A stretch of 58,754 bases of DNA from Bacteroidota bacterium (lineage in GTDB: Bacteria > Bacteroidota > Bacteroidia > Flavobacteriales_F > PHOS-HE28). Position 1 is the first letter of the stretch. Each line of letters opens with the position of its first letter. The notes beneath the pieces are model-generated. The model saw only the letters and a program-made list of their open reading frames with translations, was not told where the DNA came from and made no database searches. This document shows, in pieces, positions 39,139 to 48,162 of this stretch. The DNA is taken from positions 1 through 58,754 of the forward strand of contig JAEZCB010000015.1 in NCBI GenBank assembly GCA_023412755.1. Direction: 5' to 3'. The translations under genes were made by a program, and so were the position numbers.

Positions 39139-39570
39139 ATGAAAAGTTCCGACCCCAAGAAACTCCTGCTCTGCTCGATAGCATGTATCGCCATATCCAT
39201 CACAGTAGCCCAGACCACCACCACTGGATGGATGATGTATACCGATACGGTCGGAAGAGAACTGGGAGTGACACCACAGCAGGAGGAGCGCTTACGCGAT
39301 TGGGAGGTTCGTTACCAGCGGGATCTTCAGCGCATGGGGCCGGATGCCGTCGATCGGGCTCCTTTGCGGGAGCAGCGGGACCGGGAGCTGCAGGGAATAC
39401 TTACACCAGACCAGTATCAGCGTTGGAATGAATTGGATGTGGCCCGCAGTGGAAGAACTGATCCAACAGGTGGAGCCCCTGGACCGCAGATGCGCGAAGT
39501 GGGCACACCAGCCGGGCAGCAGCCAACCGAGGGTGGGGATCGGAACAAAGCGACGCGACCAACCCCATGA
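39139..39570 (+). CDS. Secreted LTXXQ-motif (Spy/CpxP-like) protein
   Basis: Signal peptide MKSSDPKKLLLCSIACIAISITVAQ (the track ORF starts at 39094). The motifs are ELGVTPQQEERLRDWEVRYQRDL and ELQGILTPDQYQRWNEL. The tail is disordered. Confidence 0.55.
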   Translation: MKSSDPKKLLLCSIACIAISITVAQTTTTGWMMYTDTVGRELGVTPQQEERLRDWEVRYQRDLQRMGPDAVDRAPLREQRDRELQGILTPDQYQRWNELDVARSGRTDPTGGAPGPQMREVGTPAGQQPTEGGDRNKATRPTP

Positions 39571-39595
39571 TCCAAATAATAAGAATAGATCAGCA

Positions 39596-39796
39596 ATGGA
39601 AGAGAAGAAGGAACAAGGACAGGATGAAGGCCGGTCCTTCGGCGAACAAAAGCACCGTCGAGAAGAGGAGGAGAGGGGCAATTCCATTCAAACTTATCCG
39701 GACCTCATGGGTCCGTTCCCACATAGTATCCCCAGTAAAAGCAAGCTAATGGGGAAGGAGGAGCAACGTCCTCCAGATAAGGACGATGCTCCATGA
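39596..39796 (+). CDS. Small highly charged protein (66 aa, tentative)
   Basis: MEEKKEQGQDEGRSFGEQKHRREEEERGNS... It lies 25 nt after the preceding stop on the same strand. Confidence 0.35.
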   Translation: MEEKKEQGQDEGRSFGEQKHRREEEERGNSIQTYPDLMGPFPHSIPSKSKLMGKEEQRPPDKDDAP

Positions 39797-39811
39797 TCCC
39801 TCACACCAGGT

Positions 39812-40108
39812 TCAGTAGGCTGGTGCTTCTTCGTGTTCCCAGTCTGGATCCTGGCGTGCATCATCACCGCCCGTAGGACCGATCTGATCATTCACACCTT
39901 GCCTGGCGTTCACCCCCGCGGTATCACCCGGAGGTGCTGTTCCCGTGGTGCTTCGGCTTCCCTCCTGTTCGAAAGTGGTGCCCACGGCTGGTTGTGGCCT
40001 GTCCGAGGTTCCCTCGCGCTTATCCTCTCCAGTGGCACAACCCGAAAGAAGGCCAAGAAAGAGGATGAAGCTAACCACGCTATGGATACTGTTCATTCCT
40101 TTAAACAT
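39812..40108 (-). CDS. Small low-complexity lipoprotein
   Basis: The in-frame ATG gives MFKGMNSIHSVVSFILFLGLLSGC (lipobox), followed by a G/T/D/P-rich tail. Confidence 0.5.
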   Translation of the reverse strand: MFKGMNSIHSVVSFILFLGLLSGCATGEDKREGTSDRPQPAVGTTFEQEGSRSTTGTAPPGDTAGVNARQGVNDQIGPTGGDDARQDPDWEHEEAPAY

Positions 40109-40231
40109 GTCTTTGGTTTTATCTCTATGAATGATGACCTGTGATCGCAATGTGTGGACGATCCCACTACGACATGCATGCCAACTGTTCGGCTTCATCC
40201 TGTTATGTGATCCCACGTCACCGCCAGTCGT

Positions 40232-41761
40232 TCATTTTTCCGAGGGGGGCTCCATGCGCCGGAGATCATGAGTGGAAGGCCCTGTAAGGAGGCTACCATC
40301 CATATTGAAGCGTGAGCCATGGCAAGGGCAATCCCAGGTCCGTTCAGCATCGTTCCATTTCACAGTACACTTCGCGTGAGGGCATACGGGGTCTATCACA
40401 TGTGCGTCACCATTCCGGTCCTTGTATATCCCCACTTTGCGCCCATCCAGATCCACCAGCTTTCCCTGGTCCAATGGAAGATCGTTGAGACTGGATAGAT
40501 CCTGATATAGGAATGGTTTGGATAGCATATGTCCGACAACATCCGCGTTCTCTTTCACGAAGTCGGTGAAACCCGCTACGGGAGAAACACGCTTAGGATC
40601 GAAGAGCGAGGTGAGTTCGTTGTTGCCATGCACCAACCGATCGGTGAACGCGAGGCTGGCAACTACGCCCAATGTGATACCGTTGCCACTAAAGCCCGTT
40701 GCCACCTGCACATTGTCTCCATGCCCCGGTAATGTACCGATGTAAGGTAGGCCATCCGTGGTCTCAAAATACTGGGAAGACCAACGATGGGTAACCTCCG
40801 AGATATTGAAGACATTTCGAGCGTGATCGGTCAATCGCCGAAGATGTTCCATGTGATCTTCGGAGTGGCCGGTCTTATGATCCTCACCTCCGATGATCAG
40901 TAAATCCCTCCCATCGATCTGTTGGCTGCGGTAATAGTGGTACGGGTCTTCCATATCATAGATCAATTCCTGGAGTGGCATATTATCGTGCGTTCGGGCT
41001 GCAAGAGCGTAACTCCGGTAAGGCGCACACCTGAAATGCAGCAGGTTTATGCCCATGGGTATGTGCGTGGCGTGAATGATGTTCTTCGCCTTGAACTCAC
41101 CCGCGCTTGTATGGATCGTTATGATGTCACCACCATCATATCCCGTCATGCGGCAACCTTCCAACAAGGTGCCTCCCATCCGCTGGAATTCCTCGGTGAG
41201 GGCAATGATGTACCGGAGCGGGTGTATCTGGGCCTGTCCAGCTATGCGAAGTACTTTTTCGTATGTCCGTTCAATGGGTAGGGCATCATTCCATGAGACC
41301 ATCACACCTGCCTTCAGGGTCGCATCATGGATCTCTTCCAGCATGCTGGTCTGCTTCTTATCCTGGCTGAAGAGCAGGGCGTCCTTCCATGTGTGGATAC
41401 CCGCCAGACCCAGTTGCTTCACATTCTCGTCCACGCGTTTCAATGCTCGGCCCAGAGCTGTAGCGAGCTGCAGCGCGGTGCCTTCATCGAAATGCTGGAT
41501 GATCTCCGGATACGTGTGGTCAAGTATGGTGTTCAAATGGGCAGTGGTTCCGCCCGTGGTGCCGAAGCCGATGTTCCGTGCTTCGATCAACAAACATTCC
41601 AGCCCCGCTTTTGCCAATTCATAGGCGGTGGAACACCCGGTGATGCCAGCACCCACGATCGCAACATCATACTGCTTGTTGGAGGGGGCGGCTCGCCGGG
41701 AAGTGGTTGCTGGCGCTGTATCCTGCCATAGACTCTCTTGTAGACCATCTCTTGGGATCAT
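40232..41761 (-). CDS. FAD-dependent oxidoreductase fused to a C-terminal Rieske [2Fe-2S] domain
   Basis: YDVAIVGAGITGCSTAYEL dinucleotide fold and C-terminal CPHAKCTVKWN...WDCPCHGSRF (CxH...CxxH). Confidence 0.85.
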   Translation of the reverse strand: MIPRDGLQESLWQDTAPATTSRRAAPSNKQYDVAIVGAGITGCSTAYELAKAGLECLLIEARNIGFGTTGGTTAHLNTILDHTYPEIIQHFDEGTALQLATALGRALKRVDENVKQLGLAGIHTWKDALLFSQDKKQTSMLEEIHDATLKAGVMVSWNDALPIERTYEKVLRIAGQAQIHPLRYIIALTEEFQRMGGTLLEGCRMTGYDGGDIITIHTSAGEFKAKNIIHATHIPMGINLLHFRCAPYRSYALAARTHDNMPLQELIYDMEDPYHYYRSQQIDGRDLLIIGGEDHKTGHSEDHMEHLRRLTDHARNVFNISEVTHRWSSQYFETTDGLPYIGTLPGHGDNVQVATGFSGNGITLGVVASLAFTDRLVHGNNELTSLFDPKRVSPVAGFTDFVKENADVVGHMLSKPFLYQDLSSLNDLPLDQGKLVDLDGRKVGIYKDRNGDAHVIDPVCPHAKCTVKWNDAERTWDCPCHGSRFNMDGSLLTGPSTHDLRRMEPPSEK

Positions 41762-41987
41762 TTCGCTTTTAGGATAAGTATGTTGTGTTGTTCATTGTCG
41801 ATCGGGGTATATCTCCCCAGTATGGGGAATCATGGCACGGTGAAACGTTTGCTGGAGTTCAGTGGGAGGTTGTATCGGGCCCGGCAGTAGCGGCCTAGCG
41901 GATGGTTGATCGGTACTACTGGTGTCGACATGGCACGCGCTATGCCGGACAGTGAAACACCTGATCAATTAAAAAAACAAATAGAAC

Positions 41988-42326
41988 ATGTCCACGAAAG
42001 GCAACATCACCTTATGCTTGACCTCCCTTGCGGCCGGCGCCGTACTGGGTCTACTTCTCGCACCTGCCTCAGGCCGAGAAACCAGGCAGAATCTCGTACG
42101 CCGGGGGGAGGAAATGAAGGACAAGCTGAATGACCTTTACGAAGAGGGTACACAGCTTGTCAACCGTGGCCGGCAGCAGCTGGCCGATGTTGCCGACCGT
42201 ACCCGAGAGCAAGCCAGGAACGCGGCCGGTAACATTGCCGAAGATGTTAAAGGAACGGGCAAACGTGCCGCCAGCGAAGTATCCAAGGCGGGATCATCAG
42301 CAGCCAATGGCGGCAGCCGCGTCTGA
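41988..42326 (+). CDS. YtxH domain-containing protein
   Basis: An N-terminal TM followed by LLLAPASGRETRQNLVRRGEEMKDKL, the YtxH signature. The rest is helical and charged. Confidence 0.8.
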   Translation: MSTKGNITLCLTSLAAGAVLGLLLAPASGRETRQNLVRRGEEMKDKLNDLYEEGTQLVNRGRQQLADVADRTREQARNAAGNIAEDVKGTGKRAASEVSKAGSSAANGGSRV

Positions 42327-42358
42327 TAGATAACGGAACGGAGGATGTCGAAGCGCGG

Positions 42359-42380
42359 GTCCGGAGGCTCACCTCCGGAC
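42359..42380 (+). terminator. Terminator-like hairpin after ytxH
   Basis: gtccggagg-ctca-cctccggac, a 9-bp stem. Only a weak T-run follows. Confidence 0.45.
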
Positions 42381-42414
42381 AGCGCTTTATCCGGAAAGCG
42401 GAGCACGACTCGTT

Positions 42415-42573
42415 ATGCTATCTCATAAGAAAGACCCCGCCGAGATCGACCGACTGATCCAACGGTTGTTGATCGAAGAACTCATTGACGTACATACTGC
42501 GGCCATGGCATATTCCACATTGCGCGACCCTGAAGGAGATCGTGATGCGGCCGATGATATGAATGATGAATGA
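42415..42573 (+). CDS. Candidate small ORF (52 aa), below the track cutoff
   Basis: My translation is MLSHKKDPAEIDRLIQRLLIEELIDVHTAAMAYSTLRDPEGDRDAADDMNDE*. It ends just before the cupredoxin signal peptide. Confidence 0.3.
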   Translation: MLSHKKDPAEIDRLIQRLLIEELIDVHTAAMAYSTLRDPEGDRDAADDMNDE

Positions 42574-42583
42574 TCAATTGCCC

Positions 42584-43189
42584 ATGAGAATATATCTACT
42601 CTCTTTCTTCCTGACGCCTCTGCTGCCGGTCTTCGGGCAGACAACACATTTGCTTGTGATGGATGGGACCGGGTTCGATCCGGATACGATCCACATGATC
42701 CAAGGAGACAGCATCCACCTGGTGTTCGATACCACCGGGCATTCCATGGTCCAGGTACCGGAAACATCCTGGATGGATGAAGTGCCTGCACCTTTGATCG
42801 GGATCGCATTGGGTGAAGGCACCACGAACTGGGGGCTGGAACACACTTTCGTCATCGACTCCCTGGTAACGATCTATTATCTCTGCCAACAGCATCCAGA
42901 GGAAAAGGGTGTGTTGATCGTGGAGGAGGGCATGGCCATACCTCAGCATACACTCCCTGGGATCCATCTTCATCCCATGCCTGTCTCAGATGTATTGTAT
43001 ATCGAGGCGCCAATGGCATATACTTCACTGCGGTTCGAGGATCGGCAGGGGAGGGTGGTACGTGAAGTCGCTTCCAATAACGGGAGAGGATTGGATGTGT
43101 CACAAATGGATGCTGGTCTTTATTTCATCTCACTCATCGATGCTCATGGATCACCATTGGCAAGGGAGCGGATCTTGATCGTGCGATGA
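42584..43189 (+). CDS. Cupredoxin-like (plastocyanin-type) domain protein with a T9SS C-terminal sorting domain
   Basis: Signal peptide MRIYLLSFFLTPLLPVFGQ. The candidate copper site is TTGHSMVQV ... YYLCQQHPEEKGV (C-x2-H). The tail is LHPMPVSDVLYIEAP...GLYFISLIDAHGSPLARERILIVR. Confidence 0.6.
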   Translation: MRIYLLSFFLTPLLPVFGQTTHLLVMDGTGFDPDTIHMIQGDSIHLVFDTTGHSMVQVPETSWMDEVPAPLIGIALGEGTTNWGLEHTFVIDSLVTIYYLCQQHPEEKGVLIVEEGMAIPQHTLPGIHLHPMPVSDVLYIEAPMAYTSLRFEDRQGRVVREVASNNGRGLDVSQMDAGLYFISLIDAHGSPLARERILIVR

Positions 43190-43389
43190 TCGGGCGCAAG
43201 GACAAAGGATCGGTGGATGGTGATCAGGTACGCATACGTACCGGAAGCGTGCGGCGTGACCCCTTGCCAGATGATCGTCCACAGCGCATGAGGCAGGCTT
43301 TTCCCCTAAGCGGAACAGAAGATATCAGTGGATCCGGCAAGGATGCCACACTGGAGCAGGCGAAGAAACGCGGACATCGGGGCCGCTGA
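43186..43389 (+). CDS. Small charged ORF (tentative)
   Basis: Its ATG overlaps the previous stop (ATGA). MIGRKDKGSVDGDQVRIRTGSVRRDP...GSGKDATLEQAKKRGHRGR. Confidence 0.25.
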   Translation: MIGRKDKGSVDGDQVRIRTGSVRRDPLPDDRPQRMRQAFPLSGTEDISGSGKDATLEQAKKRGHRGR

Positions 43390-43457
43390 GATCCTGGAGC
43401 AGGATGATGATAACAGAAGAGGTGGCCGCGGCCCCCTCTTCTGTTATCATTATGTCT

Positions 43458-43862
43458 TCATTCCTCTGGCACACGGCTGCCCGGGCCTCCCATGCCGCGC
43501 TGCCTGTTCCATTCCGCTCCATCATGGGGTCCATCCAGTCCATCACCATCATGATCGCTGATGTTGATCCCACTGCCTCCGGTACGCCCTGGTTTGCCTG
43601 CTTTGGAAGGCCGGATATCCGATGTGGTAGGACTGGGAGCGGGGCCGCGAGCGCCGTCACGCTGTTGGTCCGATGCTTCTCCAGTGGTTCTTCCTCCGGA
43701 ATCCGATGTGCCACCCATGCCCTTGCCGGGCCGTCCCTTGTCCCGTGCTTCTTCGGGCATGCCCGCTGCGGTCTCGCGCCCTTGTCCCAGACCTCCACCG
43801 CTTCGGGCGCGATCCAGATCCTGTTCTTTTCCTGTGTCCGGCCTGTTCTTGTTATCGTTCAT
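43458..43862 (-). CDS. Gly/Arg/Asp-rich hydrophilin-like protein
   Basis: The in-frame ATG at 43862 gives MNDNKNRPDTGKEQDLDRARSGGGLGQGRETAAGMPEEARDKGRPGKGMGGTSDSGGRTTGE... No hydrophobic segments. Confidence 0.45.
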   Translation of the reverse strand: MNDNKNRPDTGKEQDLDRARSGGGLGQGRETAAGMPEEARDKGRPGKGMGGTSDSGGRTTGEASDQQRDGARGPAPSPTTSDIRPSKAGKPGRTGGSGINISDHDGDGLDGPHDGAEWNRQRGMGGPGSRVPEE

Positions 43863-44259
43863 GATCGAGTGGGTTTTAGCGGCCGCGGCGCAAAGAGGGT
43901 GCCTACTCCCGGGTACGGCATGTGATCGGCCCCATATCTCGCAGAAATAGCCAATGGTGATATGGATAAGATCATGATCGGAATTATTGGATCGATGCAA
44001 TGCCCTGAAGATGTGCGGACTTCCGCGGATACGTGGGGCGTATGCTTATATGATGACAGCCACGGCGCAGGAGCTTTTCGTGGCAGTTGGTACTCAAAGC
44101 AAAGGGCATGGGTTTCCCATTGAAACAGCTGTTGGCGGATCCATTTCTCCTGATGCCTGCGGCGCAGGGGATCCCGGAACAACCAAGAAAGAAGCAGCGT
44201 AAGGAACGCCGTGGCCGTGGCCGGAATTGGAGGCCTACCTGGACGGGAGGCCGTTCCCG

Positions 44260-47205
44260 TTAAGCAGCATACCGCGGGTCCGGCCGATAGCTCATCCGCT
44301 CGACCGTTTCAGCCTGCAGGCTCCAATGTCCGAACTCCTGCTCCACCCGACCGGTGATCAGGTGTATGCCTCTGCCCAGGATCGGATGGCGCCTGGCCAC
44401 TTCCGGAAAGTGGGTGCTGTCCCAGAGGCGTCCTTCGGGATCCATGAAACACCCGAATTCCATGCGCTGGCCGGTGATGGTAGTGGTGGGTTTCACATGC
44501 ACCACGTATCCAAGCATACGCACGCGACGGCCTTCATATAGAGGCATTTCCCGTGCGAGTATGTGGTCATCCGGCATGGATCCGAGCAGGGTGTAGGGAT
44601 CGCATAAAGGGAACCCGATCAACTCCAGTTCATCGAATGCATCGGTGTTATGCGGGTACCTCAATTCCGGCAGCATGAACTCCTTTTCCGGCGTCGTGAA
44701 GAGGTCCGGATCCGCCGATGGCCGCATGGATCCCTGCCGTTTCACCAATTCCCAAAGCAATTCCGCCTTGGAACCGCCGGTATGATCGAATGCGCCCACG
44801 CGTATGAGTATGCGCGCCTGTTGTGGGTGGATGGGTACTCTGCGAAGGAATTCTTCCAGGGAAGAAAATGGGCCATCCTTCGCACGTGCATGAAGTATGC
44901 TCCGCACCGTTCGTTCCTCCAATTGGTGCACCATGGAGAGACCGATGTGGATCGCTTTGCCGTGCAGGGTGCATAATTCATCGCTTCTATTCACGCATGG
45001 CGGCAGTATGTGCGCACCATAACGCCGCGCCTCGTTCAGGTAGAATTCCGTGTGGTAGAAGCCGCCGAAGTTGTTGGCCACCGCCACCATGAATTCCAAC
45101 GGGTGGTATGCTTTCAGATAGAGGCTTTGATAGCTTTCCACAGCATAGCTGGCGCTGTGGCCTTTGGCGAAACTGTAGCCGGCGAAGCTTTCCACCTGGC
45201 GCCAGATCTCCGCGGCCTCCGCATCCGGATGGCCTTTGCTGCGGCAGTTGGCGGCCCATTTTTCCTTGACCCGCTCGAATTCCATCCGGCTGCGGTATTT
45301 GCCACTCATCCCCCGGCGCAGGATGTCCGCATCGGAGAAGGAGAGCCCCGCATAATGATGCGCCACCTTGATGACATCCTCCTGGTACACCATTACGCCA
45401 TAGGTTTCCGGCATTATGGCCAGCATGGCAGGGTGTGCCTGTTTTCGCCGCTCTGGATCATGGTGTCTCAATATGTATTCCCGCATCATGCCGCTGCTGC
45501 TCACTCCCGGCCGGATTATGCTGCTGGCGGCCACCAGCTCCGGATAGCTTTTCACCCGCAGTTTTTTCAGCAGCATGCGCATGGCCGGGCTCTCCACATA
45601 GAAGGCGCCGATGGTGTCCCCGCTGGAAAGCAACGCGTGGATGGCGGGATCAGAGCGAAAGCGGGGTATGTCATGTATATCGATATGTTCGCCTTTCTGG
45701 TGTGCCACTAACTCCACGGTGTCCCTGATGTGGCCCAGACCCCGCTGGCTGAGTATGTCGAATTTGTGAAGGCCGAGGTCTTCCGCCTCGAACATGCTGA
45801 ATTGTGTTGTGGCGAAACCCTTGGGCGGCATGTGCAGCGCGGTGTAATAAGTGAGCGGTCTTTCGCTGATCAACACGCCACCCACATGTATGCTCAAATG
45901 TGAGGGGATGTCCAGCAGGTGTGGCACGTAGCGCATGATGGTGCGGCCCACCCCATCCATCTCCTGCCGCCCCTGCCCGCGGCGATCCAGGAGCCCATCG
46001 ATCTCCTGCGGCGGCAGGCCGAACACCTTTCCCAGCTCGCGTACCACCGCCCGGCTCTGGTAGGTGCTGTAGGTGGCCAGCAGTGCCACACGATCACCTT
46101 CGCCATACGTATCGAACAGGTATTGGATCACCTGATCACGGTCCTTCCAGCTGAAGTCGATGTCGAAATCCGGCGGGCTGCTGCGGCTGGGGTTGATGAA
46201 ACGCTCGAAGTACAGGTCCAGGTCCAGTGGGTCCACATCGGTTATGCCCAGGCAATAGGCGGTAAGGCTGTTGGCGCCACTGCCACGGCCCACATGGAAG
46301 AAGCCTTTGTGCCGGGCGAACCGCACCAGATCCCAATTGATGAGGAAGTAGCTCATCATATCCTTCTGGGTGATCACGGTGAGTTCCCGTTCCAGCCGTT
46401 CCTGCGCTGCGGCATGGCCTTTTCCATACCGCACCTCCAGCCCGCGCTGCGCCTCCTCCAACAGCACACGCCGGTCTTCCGATACGCTGCCGCTCCAGGT
46501 GCGCCGGTTCTTGTTGCGCCCCAGGTCCAGATGCAGGGCGCATCGATCCATGAGCCGGCGTGTGTTCTGGATCAGCTCCGGCATGCTGGCGAAGGCCGCA
46601 CACAATTCCTCTTCGGTGAAGAAGCGCTCCCCGGGTGGCGCCACCTCTTCCCTTGGCGTGGTCGAGAGCAATGTGTTGGTGCCGATGGCGCGAAGCAGGC
46701 GGTGTATGTTATGATCACGTTTATGGCGGAAGGTGACGGGGGCGAGGGCCACGAGTTTATCCGGGTCCATACGCAGCGGGTGGTGGCGCCACCAGGGTAT
46801 CCGCTCCGCCCGCACGCCGATGTATTCATTCGGCCGTAGTTTTCGATCTGGCGCGCTCTCCAGTGGATAAATGATGAACGCATCGGACATTTCAGGAGGA
46901 TCCGCTGGCAATGGCCTGCCATGTAATAAGTACGATGTGAGCAGCTGGTCCAGCTGATGCAGCCCTTCATTATTCCGGGCTATTCCAATGTAAAGGGTCC
47001 TGGCTCCCTGCTTGAATTCGATCCCCGCCAATGGGCGTACCTGGTATTGGGGTGCCAGCCGGAAAAGATCGCACCAGCCTGCCGTGCAATTGATGTCCGT
47101 AAGCGCCACTGCGGTGATGCCCTGCGCCTGCGCTGCCTGCAGGAGCTGCTCGGGGCTCATTACGCCATGGTTGAAGCTGAACCAGCTATGGCAGTTCAAG
47201 ATCAT
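44260..47205 (-). CDS. dnaE2: Error-prone DNA polymerase, DnaE2-type Pol III alpha paralogue
   Basis: The in-frame ATG at 47205 gives MILNCHSWFSFNHGVMSPEQLLQAAQAQGITAVALTDINCTAG (PHP domain). ~981 aa, shorter than replicative DnaE. It has palm/fingers segments (FERFINPSRSSPPDFDIDF) and a C-terminal OB-like region. Confidence 0.8.
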   Translation of the reverse strand: MILNCHSWFSFNHGVMSPEQLLQAAQAQGITAVALTDINCTAGWCDLFRLAPQYQVRPLAGIEFKQGARTLYIGIARNNEGLHQLDQLLTSYLLHGRPLPADPPEMSDAFIIYPLESAPDRKLRPNEYIGVRAERIPWWRHHPLRMDPDKLVALAPVTFRHKRDHNIHRLLRAIGTNTLLSTTPREEVAPPGERFFTEEELCAAFASMPELIQNTRRLMDRCALHLDLGRNKNRRTWSGSVSEDRRVLLEEAQRGLEVRYGKGHAAAQERLERELTVITQKDMMSYFLINWDLVRFARHKGFFHVGRGSGANSLTAYCLGITDVDPLDLDLYFERFINPSRSSPPDFDIDFSWKDRDQVIQYLFDTYGEGDRVALLATYSTYQSRAVVRELGKVFGLPPQEIDGLLDRRGQGRQEMDGVGRTIMRYVPHLLDIPSHLSIHVGGVLISERPLTYYTALHMPPKGFATTQFSMFEAEDLGLHKFDILSQRGLGHIRDTVELVAHQKGEHIDIHDIPRFRSDPAIHALLSSGDTIGAFYVESPAMRMLLKKLRVKSYPELVAASSIIRPGVSSSGMMREYILRHHDPERRKQAHPAMLAIMPETYGVMVYQEDVIKVAHHYAGLSFSDADILRRGMSGKYRSRMEFERVKEKWAANCRSKGHPDAEAAEIWRQVESFAGYSFAKGHSASYAVESYQSLYLKAYHPLEFMVAVANNFGGFYHTEFYLNEARRYGAHILPPCVNRSDELCTLHGKAIHIGLSMVHQLEERTVRSILHARAKDGPFSSLEEFLRRVPIHPQQARILIRVGAFDHTGGSKAELLWELVKRQGSMRPSADPDLFTTPEKEFMLPELRYPHNTDAFDELELIGFPLCDPYTLLGSMPDDHILAREMPLYEGRRVRMLGYVVHVKPTTTITGQRMEFGCFMDPEGRLWDSTHFPEVARRHPILGRGIHLITGRVEQEFGHWSLQAETVERMSYRPDPRYAA

Positions 47206-47312
47206 TGATGGAAAAATTGTCGATCTGCTGACCATAAGTTAGTCATGCGGGGGGCTTTCGCAAGCAGACCGGGGTTCCCGATCGGAATATGGTTTGCCTA
47301 TAGCGAGCTATC

Positions 47313-47663
47313 ATGAAGCCCAGGTATGAGTTGGTCGATAGGATCCGCGAGATAGCTGAACGGAAGACCCGGTTCAGTTATGACCTCCGAGGACGCGCTT
47401 TTGTGGATACCGGCATTGTTGCTGCATACCGGGCCACGCAGGAAAGCGAGCGCTTCTCAGACCTGCCGGATGTCGTACGGCATGCACTTGATCATGAGGG
47501 GATAATAGGTGGATGGAGGGATCCGGAGACCGGCCGATTCTATTTCGATAGCTGCAGGGTGTTCACTGATGCGGGCAGCGCCATCCGATTCGCGATCGCG
47601 CAGAAACAGCGATCCATTTTCAACCTTAACCGCAACGAAGAGATACCGGTCAACGCGGCCTGA
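47313..47663 (+). CDS. Hypothetical protein (116 aa)
   Basis: Globular composition. IIGGWRDPETGRFYFDSCRVFTDAGSAIRFAIAQKQRSIFNL. I recognise no family. Confidence 0.5.
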   Translation: MKPRYELVDRIREIAERKTRFSYDLRGRAFVDTGIVAAYRATQESERFSDLPDVVRHALDHEGIIGGWRDPETGRFYFDSCRVFTDAGSAIRFAIAQKQRSIFNLNRNEEIPVNAA

Positions 47664-47836
47664 ACGGATCGTTCCGCTGGCTCCACAGCTACCGGGAAAA
47701 CAATCCTCGATCGTACCCGTACCGCATTATAGGAGGAAGGCATCGGCCCCCGATAAACGGAATGTGGCAAGATGTGGCGTGACTGGTCCGGGCATTGCTT
47801 CGTTGCCATGCGGATCATCAGATCCCATTGAAGCAG

Positions 47837-48142
47837 ATGGACAAGAAGGATGTAGGTAAACCTTTGGGCGATCCGGATCGCCGGGGTAATGGTGGCGCCC
47901 GTCCAGAAGGAGCAGGGGCTGAAGGAGGATCGGGTTTTCTGGGTGATCAACGGCAGGAGCGGCCAGAGATGCCGCCAACACCTCGCGAAAAGCAAGAACC
48001 ACCATTGGATGGCACCATCTCACAAGAGGATATCGAAGGCGATACTGATGAGAAGGAACCAGGCGCATGGACCGCATCCATGTGGAATGGGCCCCGGCTC
48101 AGTATGGAAGCACGCAAGCGGCAGCCGTTGATCATCTGGTGA
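47837..48142 (+). CDS. Small hydrophilic low-complexity protein (tentative)
   Basis: The in-frame ATG gives MDKKDVGKPLGDPDRRGNGGARPEGAGAEGGSGFLGDQRQERPEMPPTPREKQEPP... Confidence 0.35.
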   Translation: MDKKDVGKPLGDPDRRGNGGARPEGAGAEGGSGFLGDQRQERPEMPPTPREKQEPPLDGTISQEDIEGDTDEKEPGAWTASMWNGPRLSMEARKRQPLIIW

Positions 48143-48162
48143 TCTTCAACCGTGGAGGCACC

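Noticed and set aside
45010-46839. Two long + ORFs (233 and 306 aa)
   Set aside because: They are antisense to dnaE2 and have H/A/R/G-rich composition.
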